DNA from: Podarcis tiliguerta
Taxonomy: Eukaryota
DNA length: 64,000 bases
Assembly: GCA_965153285.1 (NCBI GenBank)
Contig: OZ229119.1
Strand: one strand, 5' to 3'
Shown: piece by piece, positions 39,090 through 59,109 of the stretch
Layout of the letters: each line of letters starts with the position of its first letter
How positions within the stretch are numbered: position 1 is the stretch's first letter
The notes under the pieces: model-generated
Told to the model about the DNA's origin: nothing
Database searches by the model: none
What the model saw: the letters and a program-made list of their open reading frames with translations, nothing else
Program-made: the position numbers and the translations under genes

Positions 39090-39223
39090 CTTATTATTTA
39101 TACCCCGCCCATCTGGCTGGGTTTCCCCAGCCACTCTGGGCGGCTCCCAACAGAATATTATTAATAAATAACAACCACAACAGCAACAACAAAACATCAA
39201 ACATTTAAAACTTCCCTAAACAG
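39090..39223 (-). mobile_element. L2-type LINE 3' terminus; other L2 tails at ~2600-2730, ~12305-12400, ~18780-19060 and ~23885-24020
   Basis: ttattatttataccccgcccatctggctgggtttccccagccactctgggcggct terminus; RTFSVAAP-like residues in ORF 18806..19003. Confidence 0.6.
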
Positions 39224-39774
39224 TAGTTTCCTCTTGCTGGCTGCAAGGCAGAAGAGAACATTATTCTTATATTGGACAGAATGCTATCTGCACATTTCCT
39301 CCTCTTTGGAATGAGAAGGATATGTTATATTTAAAAAAATGAAAGAGAGGGCTCTAGACAAGCTGATGTCCTAAACTAGCACCAGGTAGCACACATAGAA
39401 TCTAGATCATGATCCAATAATCGAATACCAATGCTTAGACACAATTAATGCTGTTGGGCAGTTGCCAATGGCCTGAGCCCTCAGGACGGCTGTTTACCTA
39501 GCCACTGACTAAAAATGCTGTCTGTAGCCACTTGAACTCAACACTCCTCTGAGTGGCTTCATTTTAATTTCCCCACAATGTCTCTGAAGCCCTGACATAA
39601 CATTGCTCCAGAGTTGAGGTGGATAAAGCCTGGTTCTTTGTCAGGGTCCATTTTGCCATTTGTCATTCTATTCCATCATGTTTCCTGGGCAGTGTGTGTA
39701 ATGGCCCTGGACCCACCTCTCGGCCTCGCTGATGTGGTCCAAAGGCAATCAGAGCAATACGTTTGGCAGAGCAA

Positions 39775-39777
39775 TAC

Positions 39778-39817
<40 letters not shown>

Positions 39818-39827
39818 GTGTGTGTAT
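39775..39827. repeat. (TG)n(CG)n(TG)n alternating purine-pyrimidine tract
   Basis: Direct reading. Confidence 0.95.
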
Positions 39828-41229
39828 CAAACTGATTTGCACTTCAGCTTGTGTGTAAATCCCTGAAGGTTTATAGGCTCACTGGATCAGACAATGGGAG
39901 AGATTTACCCAATGGAGATATTGCAAGGGCACAAAAGGTTAAAAACTGTAAAATATTTTCAATATGTTTATTTTTAATAATTGAAAATGGAACACTAACA
40001 CAGAGAACAAAGTTTACTTGCAAAACCAGAGGCAGTAGAGGTCAATAATGTAACTGGGAATGATTGATGACTCTAGGAATTCATGAAGGACACAAATGTG
40101 AACAGTTATTAGCTAGGGTGCCCACAGCAGCCAACCTAACATTTTGAATATCTCTAATATCTAAAATTGTTGAGACTGAGAGGAAAGGAGTGGAGTTGAC
40201 TTTTTAATACACTTGGCAGCCAAAATTCAAATATGCTGTGCTAAGACAAACCACAGGTCAAAGTGATCTGACCATTTTTATATTCAGGAAAGAGGAATCC
40301 AGAGAGAGTCCAGAGACTAGATATGATGAAGCACAGAAACTAGAATAAGTGAAGATTATGATATCAGTGTTGACAAATATAGACATTACATTATACTGAT
40401 AGAAATATGTGGAGGAAAGTTTGTGCATGTGTTATAAACGCATATGTTTGCAAACAGGCATGGATTATATAGAGAGCCTGCTGACATGCACACATTGAAA
40501 GCACATTTTGTAAAGGATAATACAATTAAGATAATGAAAAACCTATCTCAATTGCTAATATGAACCTTCATGAGGGTTTAAAATGCATATTACTACAGCA
40601 GATCTATTCGTTTAAACCCAGGGCTCCACCCCACTCCACTACTGGGCTCCACACACACCTATGCCCACACAGATAAATCTAAGCCGAGTTCATTTATTCA
40701 GAAATAAATCCCATTTCTTTTAAGGGAGGGTACTTCTGCATAAGATGTTTATGATTTCAGTCTTACGCTGTACCTAACTTTTTCCAGATTGATACCCTGT
40801 GTCTGTTCAGGGACATGTGACTACACACTTAAATGTCACTGCACAGTAATACTTAACTACATGCTCAACCATTTGAGATAGCAAAACAGGTTAGGGCTTT
40901 AAAGCCACAATCCCACGTTTTGGAGTGTGTAATTCATGCTGCCAGGGGCGTCTATTTGCATGTTTATTTGTGGGATTTTTTTTTATAAAAAAGACTGCTG
41001 TTATTTTCTGTGATGTTTATAATTATTTTGCTCTCCCTTTTTGCTTATATTTTATACATCACCTTGAGACATATATGTGGAAGGTGATTAATAAATAACA
41101 GCAGCAGCAGCGTTAGCTTTGATTTATCAGAACCTAATATCTAATCTAGACATTCAAATCCCAAAGAGGGTCAGATGTACTTTACCACATGCTCTGCGGG
41201 GTTTAATCTGAAAACCCACACCAGCGAAC

Positions 41230-41606
41230 ACAGGAACATGGGAAGCTGCCTTATAGTGATTCAGACCATTGGTCCATCTAACTCAATACTATATACCAGG
41301 CATGTCCAACAGGTAGATTGTGATCTACCGGTAGATCACCGGATGTCTGTGGTAGATCACTGGCTCCCCCCAAAGAAGCTCAACAACCTTGGCTCCCCTA
41401 AATGTTGACCTGAACCACCCAAAACAGGGCTTTCCTTCCTAAAAAAAGAAGCTCAACAACTTTGACCTGAACCCCCCAAAATGGGGGTGATCCTGGGAGT
41501 TGGCCACCCTTGCTATATACACTAAGACTTGGAAACACCAAGGATTGAACATGGGACCTTCAGCTTGCAAAGGAGATGCTTTACCACTGAACCACAGTCC
41601 TTCCCC
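41230..41606 (-). mobile_element. Same tRNA-SINE family, split by the 41297-41512 MITE
   Basis: ggaagctgccttata...cagaccattggtccatcta before the MITE; ggattgaacatgggacc...atgctttaccactga after it. Confidence 0.75.
41297..41512. mobile_element. hAT MITE inserted in a SINE
   Basis: Perfect 8-bp TSD CTATATAC (41289-41296, 41513-41520); TIRs caggcatgtccaac / gttggccacccttg; internal GTAGATC and AAAGAAGCTCAACAAC repeats. Confidence 0.88.
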
Positions 41607-42911
41607 AAAGGGAGAGGAGAATTATGAAGAGTAGCAGTCCTTTTCAAACCCAAGACCCATCTTTAACTGAAACTTACAACATGGGACCTAGTTCTCTAAT
41701 CATACATATTCATCTTCCTGTGCTTGCTTCTCATTTGCCAGGTATCAGGAAAGTATAGAAAAGGAAATCTTGGTAAATGCAATATGCATTGTAAATGCGA
41801 CCAAGGTGTACCTGCTGCAATCCTCTTTTATGCATTGTCCCCCACTTTTCCTTACAAAAATCCCATACAGAAAAAAAGAAAACGGCGGTTATGATTCTGC
41901 TGTGACCCACCCGAGATCAAGTTGCTCATGACACACTTGTGGGTCCCTCCTGACCCACAAACCGAAGAGCAGTGGTACAGAAGATGCTTTAGGGTGAGGA
42001 CTAGAATTGCTACCTCTCATTTTTTCTCTGACAATGGATCTGTTCCTTTTAACTCATAGGGAGTGAACATGATGCCCTCCCATTAGCCCTGACCATTGAC
42101 CATGCTGGCTGGGGCTAATGAGACTTTAAATGCAACATCATCTGGAGGGTATCATGTCAGCTATCCCAACTTGCCTTCAGTTTGTGAGATGAGCAGGAAT
42201 TCAACAGACACAGTTTCCCTCACTGATCTAGAAAAAGGGTGTGCTTGTTGAATTTCTCTCTCTTATGCTATTGTTAAGAGCACAAAGACTCTAGGTTTCT
42301 GGAAAGAAACAACTAAAATAATTAAAGGTATTTTTCTTCCAATAGATACATTTTGATGAGGCGTCTGAATGATGTTGGTAAAACAAGAATATTAAATAGA
42401 TCTTTAACTCCCAAACCAAAGCACAATTACTTCTCAGACTAATAAAAAATAATAATATTGGTTATATTTTGCCTGATTTTACCCTTCTGAGAGCTACAAT
42501 TCCAAGGACCTTAGCAACTACATTTCCCAGGATTCTTTGGTGAAAATCATGTACTTTAAAAGTGCTTTAAATATATGGTGAGGATATGATCTATTAACTC
42601 TACATGCAGACTTTTTCAAAGTAGTATAATAATAGTAATCATGAGTAATAGATGAAATTGATGATGGATGTAAGAGTCTATTAATTAAAATAAGGGAATA
42701 TTATCATTCCCAAATGATTGCTAATTATGTATAATGCGTTCCAGAAAATGTTTCTGTTGTAGTTAATCTTGATGTTGAAATAGATCTTAACATTTTTTTT
42801 TTTAAAGGCAGCCTCTTTCAGGAAAAAGTTTCTTAAAAGGGGATGGTACTCAAATTGGTCAAATCCTCTAATCTAGAAGCACACACAGGGATGCCCACAC
42901 ATATGGAAAGA

Positions 42912-42948
42912 GGGAGGGAGGGAGGGAGGGAGGGAGGGAGGGAGGGGG
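42912..42948 (+). repeat. (GGGA)n tract
   Basis: Direct reading. Confidence 0.95.
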
Positions 42949-43900
42949 AAAGAGAAAGAATGTGATGACTTTTGTGATGATTCAAAGGTATAGGAAATGC
43001 ACTTTGCACATGCTCAGAAGCAACTTCTTTGCTGTTATTTCTTCATAGATTTCCATCTAGGTCATGGCATTGAACACAGATTTCAGGGTTCAGTGGCTGG
43101 GGGGGGGGCAGCTAAAGCTCTCCACGTGGCTTAATTTGAGCCAAGATTCATCAGACCTTAGCTCTGGAACCCGTATTTAATGCTAGTACACAGCCTTGGG
43201 GCATATGAAGTAAGAACAGTGCCTCAGTAAACATGCAAAATGCCTTTTCTTCAATTCCTGCACATCACCTGTTTTTTTTGTTTTTTGTTTTTGCACTTGA
43301 CTGATAAATATTAGCTGTGTGAACTGACATTCCAAAGAAAAACATTGTGTTCAAGGTGTTGTGTGGGTAATAGGAAGGATGCAACCGAGATGTGTGATCT
43401 GTGACAGCCCATTCACACAGACAAGCCATCACGATGCTGCAAGAAAGGTGGATATGTGCAAACCAGCCCTAAGTAAGAACAACAGGCAATTTACATAGGA
43501 GTCAGGGAAAGAGTTTTCAGGTTAAAGACTGGCATGGCTCCCAGGCAAGCTCAAGTGCTTCTTTTTTCTTTCTTTCTTTAAGAAATATGTTTTCTGCCCT
43601 CCCGTCCTCAGCACAATCAGGTAGCAGCATTGTTAAGTTGTCCTTTTGAAAGGTGTACGTCTCTTTGGTTGTACTTGAGCCCAGCCGTACAGGTGGATTG
43701 TTGATAACTTCAGAGCAGCAGCTGTAGAGCAAAACCAGGCTGAGCGATGGGGGTGGGAATGAGAGAGGCAAAGAGAGTGGCAGGCAGTTCCTAATACCTC
43801 AGGGAGGGAAGGACAGGATCATTCCACAACAGGATTTGAAACTGATCAACTCTCCAGCCCAGCCATCCAGCGCAGCCTGCTAAGTCTCTGTGGCTGTCAG

Positions 43901-44058
43901 CTTAACTCTGCTGCTGGTTCCTGTGGGGTAGGGGAGTTAAATAGGACACAGACTCGGAGAGGAGCAAACCTCTTTGCTGGGAGTCAAGGAGGCAGAGAAA
44001 GAGAGGAAAGAAGGTGGAATTTGGCCAGAGCCCAGGCTGATAAGCAGAGCATCTCCAG
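43901..44058 (+). promoter_or_regulatory. Candidate LRTM2 5' UTR exon or proximal first exon
   Basis: Consensus donor CAG|GTAAGT at 44058/44059; possible acceptor ctgtcAG at 43899-43900; TATA-like TTAAATAG at 43937; GC-rich surroundings. Confidence 0.5.
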
Positions 44059-47000
44059 GTAAGTGCTCCTGCTGTGTCTTGGCAAAAAGGGGGAGAGGGA
44101 AGGAATATATCCAGAGGATGCTCCAGCGGCTGGTTAAAAGCACTGGGGTGGGAGCCCTGAGCTCTGGCAGGCGCAAAGGGGTTTGAGGCTTTCCCTTTTG
44201 CAAGGAAGTGCAAAGAGAGATTCCAACTCTCTCTCTCTCTCTTTTTTGGAAGGTGGTTTGTGTGTGTGTTTTGTGGGGTGGGGGGGCAGGCAGATATTTT
44301 GTAAACGCTCTTAATATCTTTCACCTCGGCATCCTCGTGTCAGATTATCTCTCTCAACAGCTTTCACGAATCACACCAAATCCTCTCGCCCTCTGTGCCG
44401 TGTGATTTTAAGAGCCTTTGGGAGGATTTGATTGCCCATCAAAATAAATGAATGAGGGGAGGGAGGAGGGAAGGAAAATGATGGACATGGACTGAGCTTC
44501 GGGCACATTATACAAATCTAAAAATAAAGCCAAAAGGGAGACATAACATTTTCCAAGAGCAGGCAGGGAGGAACTGGGAAAAGAGGGAGGAGGGAGGAGA
44601 AGCCGGATTTTAGTGGGCATTCTCGCCCTTTCTGAGCCAATAGTGGGTGGGCTGCAAAGCTTCCCCCTGAATAAATCTGAAAAAGCAGCAGGAGGAGCGG
44701 TAAATGACGCTTCCCAGAAACAGTGACCCCTCCTGCCCCTGCCTTTGGTAGCTAAAGGGCAAGGGGAGAACCTGTTGTCATGGTGGCTCATTATAATCAC
44801 CAGGGGATAAAACTGATTATCTTGGGGGTTTCTAATTAGGATGCTCACCTCCTCTGACATACAGACACTTCCTTTAGATTAAAATGTAATTCCTGCAACC
44901 CCCCCATACCTCTGCTTTCATTTGTTTGCTCTTCAGCTGCTGCAAAATTAAATCTGTATAAACCACCAGCACTCTCCCCTCAAAATTGGAGATGGGAACT
45001 CCTGTTGCAGGCATCTCCCCCGCTTTGTCACCCAGAAGGGATGAGGGGGAAGGGAAGCTTAGCGGCACAAAAGAGCTCCAAGCATGTCCCTAGGGGCATG
45101 ACTGTATGCATTTTATGTACTTATTTTCTCCCAGTGGGTTCTGAAGCCCTGATTTCAGTGCAGCACCACAGCTGACTACACAGAAATTGGTAGGCTAGGC
45201 GATACATTTGCGGTTCACCAGGTCTAGTCTTCCAACTTCTTCCTAATGCTGGGGACATGTGAAGTAGCCTTGGATTGAATAAAGTAATCCTAGCACTGGT
45301 TCGCACAAGCCTGTGCATGTGCATCTCTTGATCATAGCTGTCAACTTTCCCCTTTTCTTGAGAGGAATCCTATTCGGAATAAGGGAATTCCCCTTAAAAA
45401 AAGGAAAATGTTGACAGCTATGCTCATACACCTGAAAATCAGATGACTATCTGAACTATTTAACAGCATTGTATATGAAGTGGCATGAAAGGTCTGTGAT
45501 GTTAAACCTTCAACAGCCCAAGTCACACATGCATGTCATCACTTGATGCTGTGGTCATCAGATGGTGAGCACAGGAAATGTATACCACCAGACCGCTCTC
45601 CATCTATCTCATTGTCATCTACACTTACTGGCCACAAGGTTCCAGAGAGGAGTCTTTCACAGTCCCACCTGGAAATGCCAGGGTTTGAACCTGGAACCTT
45701 TTACATGCAAAGCATATGCTCTACCACTGAACTGCACTGTGAACCAGCTTCTAGGGTGTCTCTAAGCACATGAAGAATGGCTTCCTCTCGCCAGTGAGAA
45801 GTTACACACATCTGGGATTGGAGGCGGGATGTTCAGGTCAGAAGATTTAGCTTCTGAACAGGCTTAAAACTGGCACTGGGATTCCTCTTGTTGCAAACTA
45901 ACTGAGGCAACCATGACTCTATACAATGTATTTCTACTACATTTAGCCATGATGGTACCATTTATTAATTGGGAATGTTTATATGTCTTAGGGATGTGTG
46001 GGCATCAGACAGCATTTGCAGTGGGGAAAGTGGGGTGATGATTAGGAGGATGTCCTCAACCTAGCTAGCAAGGAACCTCCAACAAGCAGTTCCATGTGTG
46101 ATTTATTAGTTCTGCTCTGAACTTAACACACACAGGAAACATGTAAAGCAGGCACAGGGAGGATTCAAGAGTTTCCTAGAGGGAGCAATGTTTTTCCCCA
46201 CAGAGCAGAAGAGGGATTGCATCGAATCAATACTGCCAGACATGGAGTGGAAAGAGGCTACTTCAGGCCTTTTTGTGCAAGTTCCTCCATAATTGTTTCT
46301 TGTTTGTTGCACATAATCTGCACATCTTCCCTCAAGTTTACTCTTTTGTTGTAGCAACATTGCATTTTTTCTGCTATCAAAACTGCAATATTTCGTAAAT
46401 GCAATTCATTGCACTTTATGTGTGTGGACACACAAATTGGATATCATTTGTTATGTGATTAGTAATTAATGATGCAATTTAAACACCTCCCATCTACCTT
46501 TATGCATTTCTCTGCTAAAAAACTCCAGTACACCTGCACTGATATAGCCAATTTCAAAGCAATGAACAATCCTTGTTCATTATCTAATATTGCTTTCTGA
46601 TTAAGGTCCATTAAAATGTGGTTTTCTTATATCTATGGGTTGGCAGAGTTCTTTCAGCCTTTTTTCTACACTCCCCTGCCAGCCACCTCATCTCATCTTT
46701 TTGGCCTTCCCCTTCACCAGCAGCTGAGAAGCACTTCCAAGATGGCACCATGCCTACTCTGAGCATTCAGATTTCCCAGAAAAATTGCTCCAACTTCCCT
46801 ACACATACCTAGCAGAATTTTGGAGATGCTTTTCCCTCTGCCAATCCTCAGTGAGCACATTTTATTTTATTTATTTTTTTATTTAAAATTTTTTACTAAA
46901 GATGTCTCACCTTGCCTGATAGTAAAGCCAGTTAATTTCAGTGAGGTTTCTCCCAGACCTATATATGATTCTGTTAGACCCCTGATAGCCATGTGCTCTT

Positions 47001-47109
47001 TTGTTCTGCTTTTACCTTCTAGATTCATCAGACTGCTGTTCATTCCTGCAAGAAAGTGTGCCAGCCTGGCTGGCAGGCACAAGACACCACGGGGAAAACA
47101 GTAACCATC

Positions 47110-53853
<6,744 letters not shown>

Positions 53854-54736
53854 ATACCTTATTGGAAATTAGTGGCAGAAGAGAACAGGATATGAGAGGC
53901 CTATGGCTTGGGCCTTTCCACATCTTCCAAGACATACAGATGGACTGTGCTGCTGTTCCATTCATCCAATTAGTAAAACATGCTTCTGGGTTCAGAACAC
54001 CTGGCTCTGGGTTCAAGTCCCTCTCACTTGCCTCTGTCCTCATGTACTTCCAAGTGAATAAACTGTAGTCAGACCTCAAGTGCTTATCATTTTTCCTCTT
54101 TGCACAAGACTCCCCACAGATGCTCATTTATGGGGAAGTTCAGCCAACCCAGCACTATCTTGCCTCTGCTTCAGTTCCTGACTCCTTCAGAAACTCCCAT
54201 ACCACCACAGAATCTTTTACCAACAAAACAAGCAGCCAAAGGCACTAAGACAACTCCTGTGAAAGTGTCTAAACTTCACAGGTTGGGTCACTGATATTAC
54301 TGCATGACAATCTAATCCTTCCCATTAACTGTATATTCAGAAAACCCCAGTTCACAGCCTGCCCAGAACTGATGAAAGGCCTGTAACTGAGTGCACAATA
54401 TCCACAGGGAATTTGACTTTCCTGTTTTTAACATTACAAAGGAATTAATATCCTTTTACATAAAAAATACGCATTGCGTATACTCACTCTGTTGTGTAGT
54501 CTAGTCAACACAACAAAGGGTGCAGACAAATAAACATATTAACATAGGCTGATCACCCACATATATACAGAGACTTATTCATATACACGCCTCTTTCCTT
54601 TGCATACCATCTGTAGATTACTATTTGTAGAGCGCTATAAAGTGTGCCAGCCACTGCCTGATATGGATGATAATTTATGATCCCTGCAATGAAGGACATT
54701 AAAAAGTATTTGAAGAAGAAGCAAAGGTGAAATAAA
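53854..54736 (+). other. LRTM2: LRTM2 3' UTR (end uncertain) with candidate AATAAA signals at 54057, 54529 and 54731
   Basis: Follows the stop codon; hexamers are visible, but usage cannot be determined from sequence. Confidence 0.45.
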
Positions 54737-57700
54737 GGAAGGATGGGTCGTGACTATTAAAAGGAGAGTTACTTTGGGAAGGTTAATGTGTATCCTCCAA
54801 AAGGGAAAACATTTTTTCTGGGATATTAGAGAATTAATCTGAAAGGCTCTTATAGTCTTTGTGGCAGAAGTGGGTCTCTGGAAGGGATTTAAGAGGAGAA
54901 CAGCCTTTCTGATCTCCTTAGAAAGAGTATTTTGAGGACTTGGGTAGTGGTGGGGAGGAGTATGGAAGTGGTTTTATGGAAACAATACACACTGTAGGTC
55001 ATAACCAGAATCATTAATGTGGCTATATGCAATGTAACACAGTGTGGGTCAGATGGGGAGAATTGGACAAAATGATTTAGAGCCATGAATAAGACATCAA
55101 GGAGTATCAGTGTAAAATGTAGAGAGAGGAGATGCTGTTTAGGGTCAATGTTGGTCAGCTCTTCATGCAAACACTCTACTGATATAGGCATGTATGAATG
55201 ACACTGGTGCATGTAAGCAGCCATGCAAGAGTCCTACTCAAAAACAGGGAGAGTAGCATTAATATTCTCTGCAGCATCCATGCATATAATACACACATAC
55301 ACTCAAGGAACACAAAGATGCATACATGAGCACAAGCATGCATGTGCACATACACACTGAACACACATGAATTCTTATGCAGGGTATCTTTCCCAAGCTC
55401 AAAGCATATCACATTAGCCTCATTTCTTTTCAAACTGATGGCAGGGAGGAGGGAACCAACATAAGGACTCATTTTATATCACTGAAAGTGGGATAAAGTG
55501 CTGTCTCCAGGGGAGAGCACATATTGCCATGGTAACCTGCTCTAGCCCGTCACAGCGGGTATTCCTGGGATAGGAAGATGACACGAGAGGTCGTGCAGCC
55601 GCAGTTTTTGTGGATACTGTGATCCTTGCAGTCATGAAAAAAAAATTGGCAGCTGGCCCAGATTCCAAGGTATCTCTCTAGCAACTCAGGAGCAGAGCCC
55701 AACGATCACCTTAGTTGGGCATGGAGCAGGTCTTCAGAATTCTTCCTTCTTTTGTCGTATTCTTATGCCTTTCAATAAGCTCAAGTTCTTTCTTTAACTG
55801 TTGTTGCTGGTTTGAGTAGAAGCAATGCTTACTTTCCTTTAATTCATCCCTAAATCTCCTGTCAGCAAACAAGAACACTGTGAAGGACTCAAGATTACAT
55901 CTTGGGAGCAGTAATTCAACCCTCTACCATCCTATTAGCAAAGAACTACCATATCCCAAAAGAGGGAATAACCTTCAGACAGACAGGCGTGGCAGGAAAA
56001 AAATTCTCATGGAACATTAGAGAGGAGACGGTGGGAAATGAGATTCATTCATTTATTAAATTTGTATCTCCTACCTTTCCTCTCAAAGGAGCCAAGGGCA
56101 GCAAACATCAAAATGGTAAAAAAACACAATTTAAAGTGGTATCCAAACGGTGAATATGGCTATGGCATCTAATTTTAAGATCTGTGCAGAAGGTCAGCAT
56201 CAAGGTAAGAGGCAAATTCCAAGAATGGAGGATAGACTCTTTCTCTCATTACGTACCATGTATGTATTGTGGTCCCTCAAAGTGTGCAACTCCACTTCCG
56301 CTTTATCCCAGACTGATGGGCAAAACTAGGCTACTAAAGACTCTAGCTAATGTATGTATGCCTGTATTGCTCCTACTGCATATATACCCAACAAACTAGC
56401 ACTGGCACTCTGCCTGCTGGATATACAATTCCAACCTTACTGTCTCTATAATCTTCCCAAAGGAACGTACCTCTGTAACATACATACTGGACAGCACAAT
56501 TATACTTGAAATTGGATTTTTGTCAGAGCTGTATATTTATAGATCTCTATTTTACTTCTAAGAAATAATTATGACATGATTGCACAGAACAAATGATGTG
56601 TGCATGTGTGTTTAGAGGATGAGAAGAATTGAGGAGCGCAAATTAGGTGGGGGGGGAATCCCCTTCCTCTTCCATTCCCTATTCTCACCTTTGGCAGGTT
56701 TCCCTTTGTTGCCAATTACATTTTCTGTTTTCCATGTTGTGAGTTTAATTACAACTTTATTCCAATTTATCATTTGATATGGCATAGGGTTGGCCCTGAT
56801 ACTTCCACATTTAGAAATCCACATCTGAAAAGGGGAAGTAAGTGAAGGGACAAAGTAAGCGTTTGTTGAGAAAAGTAGGGGTGTTGAATGGATAATGTTG
56901 GTCCCAAAGACACTGGAGTACTTGGATAGTAAAATGGGCTGTTAAGAATGCAATAAGCCAATATAGGAAGTGTCCTCTTTCAAGCTACTGGGAAACTGTG
57001 CCTTCAGCTGTAATCAGAAGGTCTGGAATGATCTTGTTACATTATTTAGCATTCTTGAACTAGGGTTGAGGAAACTCTATAAAGCCTCAGAAAGTATGCA
57101 AAATGTCTTGCATCCCATCATCTTCCATTCACATAAAACCACAATATATACCTGTTGAAAACACAGACATTTAGACCATCTGATTCTTATATGGCTGCTA
57201 CAAGTATATACTCTGGCTGTGGGCAGTATAGATAATCAAAAGAAGAAAGGGTTTGGATCTATTTCATAATACTTATTCCATTTGAAAAAGAGGTTCACTT
57301 GTATAACATTTCAGAACTGCTGTTCAAGTGAACTGAGAAGATGAATATCTTAGCAATCTTCAGCAGAATCAGTATACTCTTTCTACTGGTTAGAGATCAG
57401 CATGCATACCTGTACTAAACTACCTATGTATAAGACCAAAATACTATCAGAAGTATATGCATGTGTAACTGTTATGCTGAGATTATTCGGGAGTTTAGCG
57501 ATATGCCATCAGTGTTAAAATTTGTATATACAAGACCACAGGGCACTTCACAAATGGCACAAATAATGCCTATTAATGTGCCACTTACTATGGGATCTAA
57601 CATGGGGAATAGCCCTAATACTCCATAACTTTCAAACTATCCAGCTATTAATTTTAATAACCAGACTGATGTTTGTTTCTCTGTAGGTATGAGTAGGCCT

Positions 57701-58529
57701 GGTTTTGAAAACACATGCCAAAGCGCCATCACTGAAAATGAAGCAGCATAGCTCTCCTGTGGGCTTGACTGGTGCTGATCAAAACAGATTGGAAGATAAT
57801 TAGAAATGAGAAAGGGATGCAGTGCAAACATTCATAATGCACGCACCTGTTAACATCACTGCAGAAATCCGGCATACAAGAGGTTTAAGTAAAAATTTCT
57901 ACATCACTTGTGAAAACTCCCTTAGTATGCTCCAGGCTATTAGGTGCAGCCAGCAGCTGACAGCTAAGGAGAGACTACCCTTTAAAAAAAAATGTTGGCA
58001 AAAAGCCATAATGAAGGACAACCTAATTCCTTTAGTAAAGGTGGATATAGACAAGAATGTGCTTTCCTGTGCTGGTAGGTCAATACAGCAACCAAGGAAA
58101 GTTTAGCTCCTGGTACAGTCACACTATCCCAAGAAAACAAGAGGTAGGCACAGTTCCTCGGGGTGGGGGTCTTGAAAGGAGGACAGATGGCACATACAAT
58201 CCTTTTTTTCTGTTAGAATTTAAGGAAGAACCAGTTTTTAAAAAGCAGCTGAAGGTATATTATATTTCTGGCTTGTTGTTTTAGAAGAATAATAAAGAAT
58301 GTATTTTCCTATGCAACTCATGTTTTACGTTTGGTTTGTGGAAATAACCTACTGCTCTGCAAATTTTCTGCAAGAATGAATGAGCGCAAGAGATTCTCTA
58401 ACATAAAGGGGAAATACTCAAATACACAAAGAAACAGAAGGGACCAGAAGTGAGGCTAAGGCAATTGTTTAATTTGGGTTGGACCACACCTCTATGAATC
58501 TTGCACCAAGGGGGGTTGCCAGGTTAGTT

Positions 58530-58662
58530 TGTTAGAGCAACAACAAAATTCTTGTGGCATTTAAAAGACTAACAAATGCATATGTTTTCACTAACTTCAT
58601 TTTATGAGATATATGATTATCCCCAGTTGGCAGACAAATTCATCAAGCATGAATGTGTGTGT

Positions 58663-58693
<31 letters not shown>

Positions 58694-58780
58694 AACTAAT
58701 GATAAACATGCCTATGATGAAGCAGACTCTACTCCATGAAAGCTCACACAATAAAAGTCTTTAAAGTGCCACAAAACTTT
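58530..58780. mobile_element. Penelope-like inverted remnant flanking a (CA)n tract
   Basis: ttgtggcatttaaaagact (58552-58570) is a 17/19 inverted repeat of agtctttaaagtgccacaa (58756-58774). Confidence 0.55.
58663..58690. repeat. (AC)n microsatellite
   Basis: Direct reading. Confidence 0.95.
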
Positions 58781-59109
58781 TTATTTATTATTATTTTTCT
58801 AATACTTCAAAATAGGGTAGCTAATGAATTGGGCTCCAGATGTTCTTCGAATGCAATTCCCATCATTCCAAGGGCAGATAGGAACTGTAGCGTAGCAACA
58901 TCTTCAGGGCATTATGTTGTTTACCCTGCCTCCAAGACTTCCTAGCCATCAACAAATCACTACCTTAATTTACCTATGAGTTAGCCTTATCTCACATGTG
59001 CCCTCTTGACCGCTTTGATAGGTGGAACTGGAACTACTACTGGTGCCACATAATACCCATTTTGCATTTGTAAGAACTAAATTTATTTAGTGTTTTTAGC
59101 ATGTACACT

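Noticed and set aside
55474-55668. ORF ESGPAA...ITVSTKTAAA, superficially like the missing upstream CACNA2D4 exon (ESAGEP...VTVDKRTAIAA)
   Set aside because: No phase-1 GT donor after the Ala codons, no proper acceptor, and weak similarity.
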